Virus record (IMG/VR): IMGVR_UViG_3300045988_143931
Coordinates: 32,001-96,000 of that record
Source: a virus
Strand: one strand, 5' to 3'
Length of the DNA: 64,000 nucleotides
Below, in pieces: positions 43,834-52,201 of the stretch. A program made the position numbers and the translations under genes. How positions within the stretch are numbered: position 1 is the stretch's first letter; every line of letters begins with the position of its first letter. The notes under the pieces were generated by a model that saw nothing but the letters and a program-made list of their open reading frames with translations, was not told where the DNA came from and did no database searches.

Positions 43834-44007
43834 TCACTCTCTCTTCAAATTAGGGCACAATCCAAGACCACCATCAATTTCAGGTACTCTTCTAAATGCT
43901 CCTCTGTGTGGACATTCTTCTCTTTCACACTCTGGGCAATAACATTTCTGATACTCTTCATAACTCATTTTCCAATTTGTTTCTGCAAACCTTTCTCTTG
44001 TCATCAT
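43834..44007 (-). CDS. hypothetical Cys-containing protein (57 aa)
   Basis: Start moved to MMTRERF, after GGAGAGTGATTAAT. Contains CYCPECEREECPH. Confidence 0.55.
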   Translation of the reverse strand: MMTRERFAETNWKMSYEEYQKCYCPECEREECPHRGAFRRVPEIDGGLGLCPNLKRE

Positions 44008-44012
44008 ATTAA

Positions 44013-44339
44013 TCACTCTCCTTTTAATACTTTCTGTACTTTTTCATTAAATTCCCCATACATTGATTTCCATTCCTTAATAATCTCTTCTGTTGGTTCA
44101 CCAATAAGATTGTATCTTTCCTGTCTGTAATGCTCTGGGGTATCAGTATGAACTTCTTCTACATATACCGCATTTCCCATTTTACTTGCATCACATCCAA
44201 ACCCACTTAATGCAAGCACAATCTGATACTTTGCCTCTCTAAATTCTGGCTTGAAAAACTTGCTATCAATTACTACAAGTTTTCCTTCAATGTGATCGCT
44301 TAATGGTCTACATTCACTTTTATCAATTATTGTTTTCAT
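44013..44339 (-). CDS. hypothetical protein (108 aa)
   Basis: ORF track. SD GAAAGGAAGG. Confidence 0.6.
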   Translation of the reverse strand: MKTIIDKSECRPLSDHIEGKLVVIDSKFFKPEFREAKYQIVLALSGFGCDASKMGNAVYVEEVHTDTPEHYRQERYNLIGEPTEEIIKEWKSMYGEFNEKVQKVLKGE

Positions 44340-44382
44340 ATTTATTTACCTTCCTTTCTGATTAAACGGTTCTTTCATTGCC

Positions 44383-45453
44383 TTATGCTACTGACTTCAT
44401 ATCATCATATAATGTTTCGCTTATGCCAAAATCAGAAGCAATTTCCTGGACAAGCTCATCGCCCCATTTGTCACTAAAATATCCCCAACATGAATCTTTT
44501 TCTTCCCAGTCATCAGTGTCTGTATCATATTCTTCTGTGATAATTCCATACACTTCGTCTTGAAGATACATATTGTACAATTCAATCTCTCCTTTAAGAT
44601 TTTCTATTGCAGCTTCTCTCCAATTTTCTTCCGTTACATCAACAAGATTTCCATTTTTGTCTTTGTACCTTGCACCCCAATTGATAAGTGTTTCTTTTAC
44701 ATTTTCTTTTGTTGTATAAATCCAACCTGCTTGACCAGAATCCCATCTATCACCAAATTCAGATACGCTTATTGAAGTTCCACTATGCTCAAATACAAAT
44801 ACTGGAAGAATTACAACGTCTGATTCTTTTAACATTTTCATTGCTTCTTTGTACATTCCTGCACTTGCATAGAAGATATCCCCGTCAAGCAATCCTTCTC
44901 TTAACTCTCCATTAATATAATCCTTGCACTGTTCTTTAGTTCCCTTATACTGAAACCATCCAATATCATTTGCTACTTTGTATTCTTTGGAAAGTCGTAA
45001 GTTTTTCTCGAACTCATCTTCTCGATTTCTCTTATATACATTAGCCATGTTTATGTATCTGGCTGCATCATCTGACAGTTCAAGCTCATTTGCTTTCTCA
45101 GCCATAGCATTATATTTTAAGACTGTACTTCTAATATCCTTTTCATACTCTGCTTTATTTGGTTTTTCTACAGCAGGTGATTCAATCGAAACAATTTCCA
45201 TACGCTTATTAACAAGTGATTCAATCTGTTCTTCTGTTAAATGTTCCATACAAAGTTCTTTAAAGAAATCCTCTGCATCATCCCATTTATTATGTTTATC
45301 TCCAAGATAACCCCAATTATTTCCCCAACATACGATTTTTCCTATATTGCAATCAAAATCTACTCGTGGATTAAGTGGATCATTGTCCTGTTCAATATGT
45401 AGTCTCATAAGCTTTCCGTTATCTTTATAGTATCTGTATTCTTTATCTGCCAT
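44383..45453 (-). CDS. hypothetical protein (356 aa)
   Basis: Start moved to MADKEYRYY, which has SD GGAGG. Conserved-looking blocks are DNDPLNPRVDFD and VFEHSGTSISVSEFGDRWDSGQAGW. No family named. Confidence 0.65.
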   Translation of the reverse strand: MADKEYRYYKDNGKLMRLHIEQDNDPLNPRVDFDCNIGKIVCWGNNWGYLGDKHNKWDDAEDFFKELCMEHLTEEQIESLVNKRMEIVSIESPAVEKPNKAEYEKDIRSTVLKYNAMAEKANELELSDDAARYINMANVYKRNREDEFEKNLRLSKEYKVANDIGWFQYKGTKEQCKDYINGELREGLLDGDIFYASAGMYKEAMKMLKESDVVILPVFVFEHSGTSISVSEFGDRWDSGQAGWIYTTKENVKETLINWGARYKDKNGNLVDVTEENWREAAIENLKGEIELYNMYLQDEVYGIITEEYDTDTDDWEEKDSCWGYFSDKWGDELVQEIASDFGISETLYDDMKSVA

Positions 45454-45470
45454 ATCAATCAACCTCCGTT

Positions 45471-45908
45471 CTATACTTCATAATCACTTACTGGCTCTGT
45501 GTAACCACTGTCAATTTTAATTTCCGTTGAATCATACTCATCATATACACTATTTCGTGTACCTCTTGTATGTATAATCTTTGCAAGCTGCATAATCACA
45601 TATCTGCGTTCGCAGCCATGTTCATCATAAACTTTATGTGGGTAATACAATGCTCTGCCAATACAAGTTGTAAAATTATCAAAGTCTTTTCCGTAGAACT
45701 GCTCACAACTACTTACATGCACATACCGTAATGCATGATTTCTGATGTATTGTTTTTCATTATCTGTCAATTCATCTGCATTATCTAACAATGAAAAATC
45801 AAACAAGATATTTCTCTTACCAGTTTCAACTGAATCGACATATTCCAAGTTATTTTCTTTTGCTGTCTTTTTAGCTGTCTTGTATAATTTATACTCTTTA
45901 ATCTTCAT
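45471..45908 (-). CDS. hypothetical protein (145 aa)
   Basis: ORF track. SD GGAGG. Confidence 0.6.
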   Translation of the reverse strand: MKIKEYKLYKTAKKTAKENNLEYVDSVETGKRNILFDFSLLDNADELTDNEKQYIRNHALRYVHVSSCEQFYGKDFDNFTTCIGRALYYPHKVYDEHGCERRYVIMQLAKIIHTRGTRNSVYDEYDSTEIKIDSGYTEPVSDYEV

Positions 45909-45922
45909 TTTTCACTTACCTC

Positions 45923-46096
45923 CTATACGGTCTGACATATCAACATTTTTTCATTGTAAATTGAATCAATAACCTCATAGTTCTTCACTTTTTTATTAAA
46001 TGGTGTTTTGTCATACTGTCTTATATCTCCAACATGACCATCAACACATATTTTGTTGATTCGTTCACTTTTTGCTACTTCCATTACAGTTTTCAT
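45923..46096 (-). CDS. 57-aa ORF, hand-called
   Basis: Product MKTVMEVAKSERINKICVDGHVGDIRQYDKTPFNKKVKNYEVIDSIYNEKMLICQTV. GGAGG lies 10 nt upstream. Confidence 0.4.
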   Translation of the reverse strand: MKTVMEVAKSERINKICVDGHVGDIRQYDKTPFNKKVKNYEVIDSIYNEKMLICQTV

Positions 46097-46117
46097 TTTT
46101 CATAAACCTCCTACAAT

Positions 46118-46312
46118 TCAAATTTTTCCGACATAATATCTACATTTTCCATATTTCTCATCCTCAATCCAATCACCATTAGCGAAAATCTGTTTCAAGC
46201 ATTCGTTTGCTTCGTATTCTGTATCAAATATAAAAGCACTATCTTCCTCATTTTCCATACAATGACTTAGATAATCTGGAAGTCCATAATATTTTCTATA
46301 TATTGTGTACAT
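46118..46312 (-). CDS. hypothetical protein (64 aa)
   Basis: Start moved to MYTIYRKYYG, which has SD GGAAGGAG. Confidence 0.55.
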   Translation of the reverse strand: MYTIYRKYYGLPDYLSHCMENEEDSAFIFDTEYEANECLKQIFANGDWIEDEKYGKCRYYVGKI

Positions 46313-46332
46313 GTATATTTCGCTCCTTCCAT

Positions 46333-46365
46333 TACAAAAGGCAGACACAATTATTTGCATCTGCC
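46333..46365 (-). terminator. rho-independent terminator (T-rich on both sides, possibly bidirectional)
   Basis: GGCAGA/TCTGCC stem extendable with A:T pairs. Followed by TTTTGTA on the minus strand and TTTATTTATT on the plus strand. Confidence 0.6.
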
Positions 46366-46386
46366 TTTATTTATTCTCTGTTTGAT

Positions 46387-46638
46387 TTACACTTCGATTA
46401 CTTCCCAAGTCCATTCATACTCTCCATCACAAGAAGAAAGATAAGCAGTTCCATCATCGCTTATTGTAAAATCAATCTGTTCCTTTCCTTCTTCGTCAGA
46501 ATTATTCATTTCTTCCTCGTAAGTATTCTGTGCATCCTTTTCGAGAAATGCATAAGCATCATCCTCATTATCGAATGCATCATGACTTGCAATTTCTTTA
46601 TTATGAACCGAATAACAAATTACTACATATTTTTTCAT
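46387..46638 (-). CDS. hypothetical acidic protein (83 aa)
   Basis: ORF track. Confidence 0.6.
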   Translation of the reverse strand: MKKYVVICYSVHNKEIASHDAFDNEDDAYAFLEKDAQNTYEEEMNNSDEEGKEQIDFTISDDGTAYLSSCDGEYEWTWEVIEV

Positions 46639-46676
46639 AATTACTACCTTTGCCTTTCTATTTATATATTTCTTGT

Positions 46677-46844
46677 TTACTCGTTAACTTTCTTTACTTC
46701 AAGGATTTCATACTCAACATCTCCATTATCAAGTCCATAAATTCTTTTACACTCTTCAACGGATGATACTGTGCAACTTTGCGTTCTCCATTCCCAATTA
46801 CTCATTGCGTCTTTGTATCTGAATGTTATATTAAGCATCTGCAT
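46677..46844 (-). CDS. hypothetical protein (55 aa)
   Basis: Start moved to MQMLNITFRY, which has SD AAAGGAGGAAA. Confidence 0.55.
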   Translation of the reverse strand: MQMLNITFRYKDAMSNWEWRTQSCTVSSVEECKRIYGLDNGDVEYEILEVKKVNE

Positions 46845-47343
46845 TTTCCTCCTTTGGTGTAATAAGCTTTGTAATTCTATCTTTATGGAATCTACAATAA
46901 TCATCAATACTGCCATTTCCATATACCCAAAACCACTGTTCTTCATAATCCCAAAACACCATCACTTCATGTCCACATGTTACATTACTGAAAACATATT
47001 CTTTTCTTTTTCCATCTGTCGAATTGAAACAATCGTTGATGCTATTTTCGGTTGCTCCATTTTTGGTTGCCTTGAGGTATAAATATCTTTTAAGATTTTC
47101 CAAATCCTTTTCAGTGTCTACATTAAAAATCTCTACTGTGTCATCATATGAGAAATTATCATTAATTTCGCTTTGTGATATAGTTCCGTTGGTCAACCTT
47201 TTCAATTCCTTACTAATTGCAAACAATGCAGATTCCTCATATTTCTTACATTCTTCTTCAGTTCTAAATACCGTACCATCCTCTGCTACATACTCTGTTC
47301 TTACCACTACTTCTCTTGTTTCTTTTACTTCGTTTGTTCTCAT
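46831..47343 (-). CDS. hypothetical protein (170 aa)
   Basis: ORF track. Confidence 0.6.
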   Translation of the reverse strand: MRTNEVKETREVVVRTEYVAEDGTVFRTEEECKKYEESALFAISKELKRLTNGTISQSEINDNFSYDDTVEIFNVDTEKDLENLKRYLYLKATKNGATENSINDCFNSTDGKRKEYVFSNVTCGHEVMVFWDYEEQWFWVYGNGSIDDYCRFHKDRITKLITPKEENADA

Positions 47344-47364
47344 AATATTTACCTTTTACCTTTC

Positions 47365-47511
47365 TCAGTCTTTGATTTCTATAATTCCATTATCTTCAAG
47401 AATTGTCTTTACCATTTCAAATTGCATATCTCTATCTTCTGTATTTTCAACTGCATCTACAATAGATTCAATTAGCAACTCCATACTTTCACTTGTTAAT
47501 CTAAATTCCAT
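47365..47511 (-). CDS. 48-aa acidic ORF, hand-called
   Basis: Product MEFRLTSESMELLIESIVDAVENTEDRDMQFEMVKTILEDNGIIEIKD. The SD is weak. Confidence 0.4.
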   Translation of the reverse strand: MEFRLTSESMELLIESIVDAVENTEDRDMQFEMVKTILEDNGIIEIKD

Positions 47512-47552
47512 TTCAATCACACTCTTTCTAAGTAAATTACAATTTCCTTTGA

Positions 47553-47876
47553 CTACATTTCTTCATTATTATATGTATAATCAAAATCTCCATATTTTAA
47601 TTCAGACTTAATAATATCCCTTGTTTCGGTTTCCCAATCCTCTCTGAATAGTTTTGCTTGTTGTTTCGGAGTATTCTCTTTTTCTTTACATATAATATGT
47701 TCTCCATCCCAATCATGATAAGTAGTAACTGGTTTATATTCCATGTTACCTTCTTCAATTTCCTTTGAGATTTTCATTTTTAACTTTTGTTGTGATGTTC
47801 CAATGAAAAGAAGTCGCATACTAGAATACTCTTTCCATTCATTACAGCTATGTAAATAATATATTTGCTGTGCCAT
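47553..47876 (-). CDS. hypothetical protein (107 aa)
   Basis: ORF track. SD AGAGGTAGGTG. Confidence 0.6.
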   Translation of the reverse strand: MAQQIYYLHSCNEWKEYSSMRLLFIGTSQQKLKMKISKEIEEGNMEYKPVTTYHDWDGEHIICKEKENTPKQQAKLFREDWETETRDIIKSELKYGDFDYTYNNEEM

Positions 47877-47905
47877 TTATATCACCTACCTCTACTTTCG
47901 TTAAT

Positions 47906-48250
47906 TTACCATTCAGGTTCAGTATCAATCAAACCTAAATAAAACTCATCCTTTTTAGTGTTCCAAAAATACTCACGCAAATCAGTTAATGTCTTATCCC
48001 CGTTTTTTAATGCCTCATAATCTGATAATACATTTTCGTCTGTATAATTTCTGTATTTATTCTGAGCAATACTAAGTCTGAACGTTTCTCCCTTTCTTAT
48101 CCATCCCCATTTATTTGTATTCTTAGCGATTGGATAAGCTCCGATTGTATATCCGTGTAAATCAGGATATTCCTTTGTATTTTCATCATGCCAATCTTCA
48201 ATCTGTATTTTAGTTCCGTCTGGCATTACTGCTCTATCAATGACTCGCAT
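47906..48250 (-). CDS. hypothetical protein (114 aa)
   Basis: Start moved to MRVIDRAVM, which has SD GGGGAGG. Confidence 0.6.
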   Translation of the reverse strand: MRVIDRAVMPDGTKIQIEDWHDENTKEYPDLHGYTIGAYPIAKNTNKWGWIRKGETFRLSIAQNKYRNYTDENVLSDYEALKNGDKTLTDLREYFWNTKKDEFYLGLIDTEPEW

Positions 48251-49214
48251 AATTCTCAACCTCCCCATGTTTTGGAATTTCAATTCCAGACTTTATTTCT
48301 TCTCTCGCAACAATATATGATGAAGTTTTTCTATCAAGTGTATAATATTTTTCTCTTATTTTATTCTGTTCTTCGCTTGCCTCAAAGAAGTCTTTAGTTG
48401 GATCGTCCCAATACCAAACATAATATGTGTGTACAGTATGAGTAATTTCATCATATTTTCTTTTACATCTCATGATGTCACCATTTATCAGGAATGTATC
48501 TTCTTCTAATTTAAGATGATCAAATTCCGTTGGTGATACATGATGCTGTTTCTCTTTCCAAGTCCACACAATGAACTGATTCTGCCAATGTCCTTTGAAA
48601 ATTTCTGCTCTATATGTTCTCAGATAAGCATATAAATCTGTTTTACTTTTCCATGCACAACCTTCTCCAAAATATACATAAGGTGAATCATCTTTAGGAT
48701 TGAATGATATATACTGTTTATCAAAATCCTTTGTTGTGAACTTATATCCATTTTCACTTACAAAAGGATTTTTACTATCTACATATTCCCATAAATTTAC
48801 TTCCGCTATAAAATCAATAGCACCATCTGCACAGCCTCCACAATTACCCCAATCACAAAATCTCTTTTCAATTTTACCTATATATTTTAGTTCTCTTGTT
48901 GGTAAATGTGTCCACGCTCCACCACTTGTATTACAACTAATTCTGCCTTCGTATTCATGAACAAAAGGTGTATATGGTCGTTCACAGATATAAATTTCAT
49001 TCGCATCTGCTTTTTCAATATGAGCTGCTCCATAGTAATCTCCATATTCATTTGTATATCTAACGCAATCACCTATACTTGGAGTCTTTTCAGACCGTGT
49101 ATTTTCTATAAGTTCAACATACATATTTGCCTTATCTACATCGTAATTCATAAGTATATGCGAACTACAAAATCTTGCGTTAATCTCTCTTAATGTATCT
49201 ATTGTATATTTCAT
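48237..49214 (-). CDS. hypothetical protein (325 aa)
   Basis: ORF track. ATG start chosen. Cys/Trp-rich. No family recognised. Confidence 0.65.
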   Translation of the reverse strand: MKYTIDTLREINARFCSSHILMNYDVDKANMYVELIENTRSEKTPSIGDCVRYTNEYGDYYGAAHIEKADANEIYICERPYTPFVHEYEGRISCNTSGGAWTHLPTRELKYIGKIEKRFCDWGNCGGCADGAIDFIAEVNLWEYVDSKNPFVSENGYKFTTKDFDKQYISFNPKDDSPYVYFGEGCAWKSKTDLYAYLRTYRAEIFKGHWQNQFIVWTWKEKQHHVSPTEFDHLKLEEDTFLINGDIMRCKRKYDEITHTVHTYYVWYWDDPTKDFFEASEEQNKIREKYYTLDRKTSSYIVAREEIKSGIEIPKHGEVENYASH

Positions 49215-49232
49215 ACTAATCAACCTGCCTTT

Positions 49233-49643
49233 CTAATTTCTCCAACTTCTTGTTACTGTGTCATATAAAGCTCCGTTTGCATCCTGGTATTCATCATCAT
49301 TTGAATATGTGAATACATAACACTTGTGACCATTAATTATTTTCGTTTCTCTTTCTCCATGCAACATTGCATATCTTTCTCTAAAACTTGCACTATCACA
49401 CATTTCTCTCATTTCTTCATCTCGCTTTGGATTTCCACAAGCTGCTTGTACACAGCCATATAACCATCCATTGAGATAATCAATGTTGTAACAATACTGT
49501 CTCCATGAATCTGAATTATCAGTGAATATATAGAAACTTTCTCCGTCATCTCCTCGCTTAATCCGTGGCTTGCCAAAGTTTGCAATAAATGCCATCAGGT
49601 TGTCTTTAATAATTTCCATTTCATTTTTTGTAAAATCATACAT
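49233..49643 (-). CDS. hypothetical protein (136 aa)
   Basis: ORF track. SD AAGGAGGAA. Confidence 0.6.
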   Translation of the reverse strand: MYDFTKNEMEIIKDNLMAFIANFGKPRIKRGDDGESFYIFTDNSDSWRQYCYNIDYLNGWLYGCVQAACGNPKRDEEMREMCDSASFRERYAMLHGERETKIINGHKCYVFTYSNDDEYQDANGALYDTVTRSWRN

Positions 49644-49665
49644 AATTCATTCCTCCTTGTAATGT

Positions 49666-49705
49666 AATAAAATAGGCAGCTAGGTATTTATTCTCCTAAC
49701 TGCCT
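49666..49705 (-). terminator. rho-independent terminator
   Basis: AGGCAGCTAGG/CCTAACTGCCT stem with one mismatch, followed by ATTTTATT on the minus strand. Confidence 0.65.
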
Positions 49706-49714
49706 TTGCGGTTA

Positions 49715-49930
49715 CTATAAATTTATTGCTTTTCCGTTCTCGTCATATTCAATCGGTGCAATGTGAACCGCATAACCGATTTCTTTTTCTTTATCGTAAA
49801 TCTCCATTGTACCACCTGCACAAAATTCAAATGAGAACCGCTTATCATCCGATTCAAGTAATTTAATCAGATGATCCGTGAGTTCATTTAAGTTCTGTGC
49901 GTCCTCTTTTGATTTTTCAATAGTTGTCAT
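49715..49930 (-). CDS. hypothetical protein (71 aa)
   Basis: ORF track. SD AAAGGAGTG. Confidence 0.6.
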   Translation of the reverse strand: MTTIEKSKEDAQNLNELTDHLIKLLESDDKRFSFEFCAGGTMEIYDKEKEIGYAVHIAPIEYDENGKAINL

Positions 49931-49936
49931 TTCGCT

Positions 49937-50128
49937 TCACTCCTTTTCATAAATCTCTAATTTATGTAACAAATCAAACATTGCTACATATCTACCCTGA
50001 TTCCGTTCTTTGAGTTTATCATTGTCGTTCTGCATTGCATCATCATAATCTTTATTTACTTTTCTAAATTCCTCTGCAATAATTTCAAGAATTTCATCCT
50101 TTGTCTTTTCACATGTATATCTACTCAT
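49937..50128 (-). CDS. hypothetical protein (63 aa)
   Basis: Start moved to MSRYTCEK, which has SD GGAGTG. Confidence 0.55.
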   Translation of the reverse strand: MSRYTCEKTKDEILEIIAEEFRKVNKDYDDAMQNDNDKLKERNQGRYVAMFDLLHKLEIYEKE

Positions 50129-50231
50129 TTCCATCACTCCGTTCCCTATAATTTTCAAATCCAATTCCACCACTATAATTAATAATCATTTGTATATAAT
50201 ATGGTAAAAATTCCGTTCCTTTTTCAATCAT
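50121..50231 (-). CDS. 36-aa ORF, hand-called
   Basis: SD GGAAGGAGAAAG. Product MIEKGTEFLPYYIQMIINYSGGIGFENYRERSDGNE. The stop overlaps the next start. Confidence 0.4.
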   Translation of the reverse strand: MIEKGTEFLPYYIQMIINYSGGIGFENYRERSDGNE

Positions 50232-50267
50232 ATGTTCTTTCTCCTTCCATATTATGAAATCTTAGTT

Positions 50268-50513
50268 TCAATGCCATCTATAAATTTCTTTATTTCCATT
50301 TACAGTGTCAGCAACCAATATGTAATCACCTGTTGCGTAATATTCTCCTGTATACATTGTACGAATAGTATCGTTTATGTATTTTCTAAATGAAAAAGAT
50401 TTGGCAAGTACCTTTTTATCAAAGTCCCTTACAACCGCATATGAAAATAAACCTCTCTTTTCCACATGTGCAATACTTATTTCTCCGAATACTCTAATGT
50501 TTGATTTTTTCAT
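50268..50513 (-). CDS. hypothetical protein (81 aa)
   Basis: Start moved to MKKSNIRVF, which has SD GGAGAA. Confidence 0.55.
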   Translation of the reverse strand: MKKSNIRVFGEISIAHVEKRGLFSYAVVRDFDKKVLAKSFSFRKYINDTIRTMYTGEYYATGDYILVADTVNGNKEIYRWH

Positions 50514-50549
50514 TTTTGATTTCTCCAATCTTCTAAAGAAATGTGAATT

Positions 50550-50699
50550 TCAGACACTCATTATTCCATCTAAATAATCATTTAAGCCTTCAAAATAATC
50601 TTCGTTTGGCTGTTCCTGATGAACAAATTCCTCTTCGCACTGTTCTTCATAAGCTGTTTTCTGTGTCTCTTTATAAATAATTTCATCAATTCTATTCAT
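50550..50699 (-). CDS. 49-aa acidic ORF, hand-called
   Basis: SD GGAGGCAAGAG. Product MNRIDEIIYKETQKTAYEEQCEEEFVHQEQPNEDYFEGLNDYLDGIMSV. Confidence 0.5.
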   Translation of the reverse strand: MNRIDEIIYKETQKTAYEEQCEEEFVHQEQPNEDYFEGLNDYLDGIMSV

Positions 50700-50733
50700 T
50701 TCTCTTGCCTCCAACTCTAACAAACACACAATT

Positions 50734-51018
50734 TCAGTGTTTCTTTTTTCTGCAAGAATAACATCTGCAAGGTGCTTTCATATTCCTATCAGTAAACCAG
50801 ATTCTTTCATCATCTGTTTGCCAAAAATATTTTCCGCATTCCTTACATTTTTTAACATCCTTTAGATCATTTGCGTTATGCTTTTCTACGGCATTATCTG
50901 CATATGTCTTATTAGCCATCCATGAAACAGTTGAATCGCATGGCATCGTCTGAACTTCTGTCGCAGTATTATCTGCTACAAATTTCTCTCCATTAAAATA
51001 AATCTTATATCCTAACAT
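50734..51018 (-). CDS. hypothetical protein with C-terminal Cys cluster (94 aa)
   Basis: Start moved to MLGYKIYFNG, which has SD AAAGGAAA. Contains CKECGKYF...CRCYSC. Confidence 0.55.
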   Translation of the reverse strand: MLGYKIYFNGEKFVADNTATEVQTMPCDSTVSWMANKTYADNAVEKHNANDLKDVKKCKECGKYFWQTDDERIWFTDRNMKAPCRCYSCRKKKH

Positions 51019-51049
51019 ATTATTTCCTTTCTTCCAATGAAACACGCAT

Positions 51050-51199
51050 TTACTTTGCATTTACAGCTTCTACTAACAAATCATGATATAAACAACAATC
51101 AAAATTGTTATTCCAATCTAATTTTCGTCCTACCTTTTTCTCTGCATCTTCCCAAGATAAAAGATAAGAGTATTTACGTTCAAATTCCTGAAAACTCAT
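51050..51199 (-). CDS. 49-aa ORF, hand-called
   Basis: Product MSFQEFERKYSYLLSWEDAEKKVGRKLDWNNNFDCCLYHDLLVEAVNAK. SD AAAGG. Confidence 0.4.
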   Translation of the reverse strand: MSFQEFERKYSYLLSWEDAEKKVGRKLDWNNNFDCCLYHDLLVEAVNAK

Positions 51200-51240
51200 T
51201 ATTTTACCTTTACCTTTCCTTATGAATTATCCATTTCTAA

Positions 51241-51441
51241 TTAATCATTGTTCCATTCACCATTTAACACTTTATTTATTTTTACTTTGTTTATGTCCTG
51301 GTCGTTAAGAGTAATAGATGAAATGCCTTTAAATTTCTCAATTAACTCTTCTCTTGGCATAGTCCAATCAAACACTCTTAAATATGTCATTACATCTTCT
51401 TTTTTCACATATTCTCCGCTCGTGAAATCATTATATTTCAT
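51241..51441 (-). CDS. hypothetical protein (66 aa)
   Basis: Start moved to MKYNDFTSGEY, which has SD GGAGAA. Confidence 0.55.
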   Translation of the reverse strand: MKYNDFTSGEYVKKEDVMTYLRVFDWTMPREELIEKFKGISSITLNDQDINKVKINKVLNGEWNND

Positions 51442-51469
51442 TTTATTTTCTCCAATCTTTCCTATGTTT

Positions 51470-51937
51470 TTATATATCTGCATTATTTGCACCATCAGAG
51501 AATCCATCATCATATCCCTTGTTGTACATAGGATTCTCGAACTTTGTGTTTGCTATTGGACTATCTTCTTCAATACCGAACCACTCTTTCTCTTTATCTG
51601 TCATCTCACAACAATTTTCAAAAAATTCAAACGCACTTTCTCTATCATCGGAAATAAGTCCGTCCTTAAAGGATGTCGCAAGTTCTTCAAGTCTTGTCCG
51701 TGGAATATAATTCTTATTTACTTTTTCAAACAGCTTTTCAGTTGCTTTATTAAGTGCAACTAATTTTTCTTTATCATTTAAAAACATATAATATATACCA
51801 TGTTCCCACTGCTGTCCCCATCTTTCCAAGGCAGAATATCCGCAAGCTACAATATAATTATTATCTGTTTCAATAAGAGAGAATTTTTTACCTTTTTCAT
51901 TTGATACTACTAATATTTCTCTATGATTTTCTTTCAT
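51470..51937 (-). CDS. hypothetical protein (155 aa) immediately downstream of hicA; candidate non-canonical antitoxin
   Basis: The ATG is 2 nt after the hicA stop. No HicB-like RNase H-fold, RHH or HTH motif is evident by eye. Confidence 0.6.
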   Translation of the reverse strand: MKENHREILVVSNEKGKKFSLIETDNNYIVACGYSALERWGQQWEHGIYYMFLNDKEKLVALNKATEKLFEKVNKNYIPRTRLEELATSFKDGLISDDRESAFEFFENCCEMTDKEKEWFGIEEDSPIANTKFENPMYNKGYDDGFSDGANNADI

Positions 51938-51938
51938 C

Positions 51939-52136
51939 TCACACCTCCAAGTTATATTCTTTAATTAATCTCTGTTTTACCATATCATTCAGATCCTTAT
52001 TGACAGGCATTATCCTATGCGTTGTTCGATTAATATATACGAAATGACTCCCCTTACATCTTGTCGGCGTATATCCATTCTTCCGTAATATCACATCAAA
52101 GTCACGCATTCGCTTTGACTTTCTAAAATTGTGCAT
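51939..52136 (-). CDS. hicA: HicA-family mRNA interferase toxin (65 aa)
   Basis: ILRKNGYTPTRCKGSHFVY...IMPVNKDLNDMVKQRLIKEYNL fits the YcfA/HicA pattern, including GSH. Start moved to the ATG with SD AAGGAG. Confidence 0.7.
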   Translation of the reverse strand: MHNFRKSKRMRDFDVILRKNGYTPTRCKGSHFVYINRTTHRIMPVNKDLNDMVKQRLIKEYNLEV

Positions 52137-52201
52137 AAATCTCACTCCTTTCTTTTACCCGTATAGCCTGATAGTGCAGCTTTATATGTATATGTTCTCT
52201 C

